Part shown: positions 62,827-64,000 of the stretch, in pieces
Layout: every line of letters begins with the position of its first letter
Numbering within the stretch: position 1 is the stretch's first letter
Program-made: the position numbers and the translations under genes
Assembly (NCBI GenBank): GCA_951813565.1
Contig: OX638351.1
Span: 4,352,001-4,416,000, forward strand
Direction: 5' to 3'
DNA length: 64,000 nucleotides
DNA from: an uncultured Poribacteria bacterium
GTDB taxonomy: Bacteria > Poribacteria > WGA-4E > WGA-3G
Notes under the pieces: generated by a model
Seen by the model: the letters and a program-made list of their open reading frames with translations, nothing else
Told to the model about the DNA's origin: nothing
Database searches by the model: none

Positions 62827-63861
62827 GGGTGTGTAAAGTTTTTTGCATGAGCATCACGCAGCTTTTGTATCTGGGAACCAATACCTATCCCAAGCCTTAT
62901 TCTTGGACAAACATCGCCACTTCAGCACGGCATTGATACCCGGTTTCTCCCACCTCACAGATGCTTGTTTACATCTCTGCCCCACAACATGTGGACAAGC
63001 ACTTTCAATCACACCGCTTCCGATTTGATAGCCTTTTTCTCTAAACGCTTTATACTGCGGACGCTTCTTATGTTTTTCAAAATAGCCTGCCTCTCTTTCT
63101 AAACTATCCGATACTTCCGGATGCTGTGTGGCTAAAGCACGGATGCGCGCAACAACCTCTGTAATGTTGCCATCCTGAAGGAGAAGTTCCGTCTCTTTTA
63201 CCCAAGTTTCTACGACTTCTGTTTCTGTCTCACCGAAGGCAACTTTAGCAACATCGGACAGATGAGATTTCGCATGCATGTAATCCACAATCTCAACAGC
63301 ATTCGGGAAGTATTCATTCGCAATGTTCCAAATCCACGCAGCACCATCGCCTCTGCTACACGATGTGTGTATTGATCCAATAACTTCTGTTTAGCATCCC
63401 ACGGCGCATGACGATGTCCTTGTTCACAACAATACACCCAACGATTTACGCTTATTTTGCCACAAAGTGTTGTAAAATGACGCTCACGCATACGCAATGG
63501 ACGACAAGGTTCTTGACACGCTGGACAGACAACAGGTTCACTCTCTTTCTCACCTGCCTTTTGAGAGACACACATTTCTAAAAACTTTTGTTCAAAAGAA
63601 CGAAAGTTTTCGGAAACGCGGACTTCAACATCACCTAAAGATAAACTCTCGTCAGAACTGATGTTTTCATAAAGATCGTTTGCTTCTTTTACAAACTTGT
63701 TAAAACCTGCTTTAGAATCGTTGCTTTCACAACCACTTAATGATATACTTAGCATTGGTATCCTTCCTAAAAAAGTATCTTATTTATGAGGTCAGGATAC
63801 CATTTGTATACATTCTGTGCAAGAACTCCATTCAATGTCATGCCAAAAACTTTACACACCC
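62827..63861 (-). mobile_element. ISKra4-like element with internally deleted transposase
   Basis: 24-bp TIRs GGGTGTGTAAAGTTTTT(T/G)GCATGA; GDGAAWIW, D..H, IGSGVIESAC motifs. Confidence 0.85.
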
Positions 63862-64000
63862 TTTTCTGTCTGCATCGCGGATTTCGCAGATTGTAAGAAA
63901 ACTTGAATAATTATGAACAAACAACTATTCTTCAGATTGGGTTGCTTCCGCAAACGCGCCGACGCGGCAGACTCGTTTATAAGCACAGTAACTACAAGGT

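Overview
64 kb of bacterial chromosome, most likely Candidatus Poribacteria (inferred from LamG and LRR proteins with characteristic C-termini). It opens with an envelope-biogenesis operon: mfd, two degenerate parvulins, a SurA-like gene, and an LptD-like barrel carrying about 390 aa of inserted parvulin-like domains. Next is a type I restriction-modification locus with all three genes broken: a TnpB-only IS200/IS605 element in hsdM, a frameshift plus stop in hsdS, and IS3 in hsdR. The locus also hosts toxin-antitoxin cassettes that share one promoter module. The rest is metabolic and regulatory genes, tRNA-Leu(CAG) and an internally deleted ISKra4-like element. Intergenic regions are layered mosaics of MITEs and GTAG-type REP hairpins. 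Inside them sits a family of about 34-nt AATCAAC+hairpin micro-modules that insert into REPs, nest in each other and form tandem arrays; this is the most unusual signal seen. All calls are by eye; no database searches were run.
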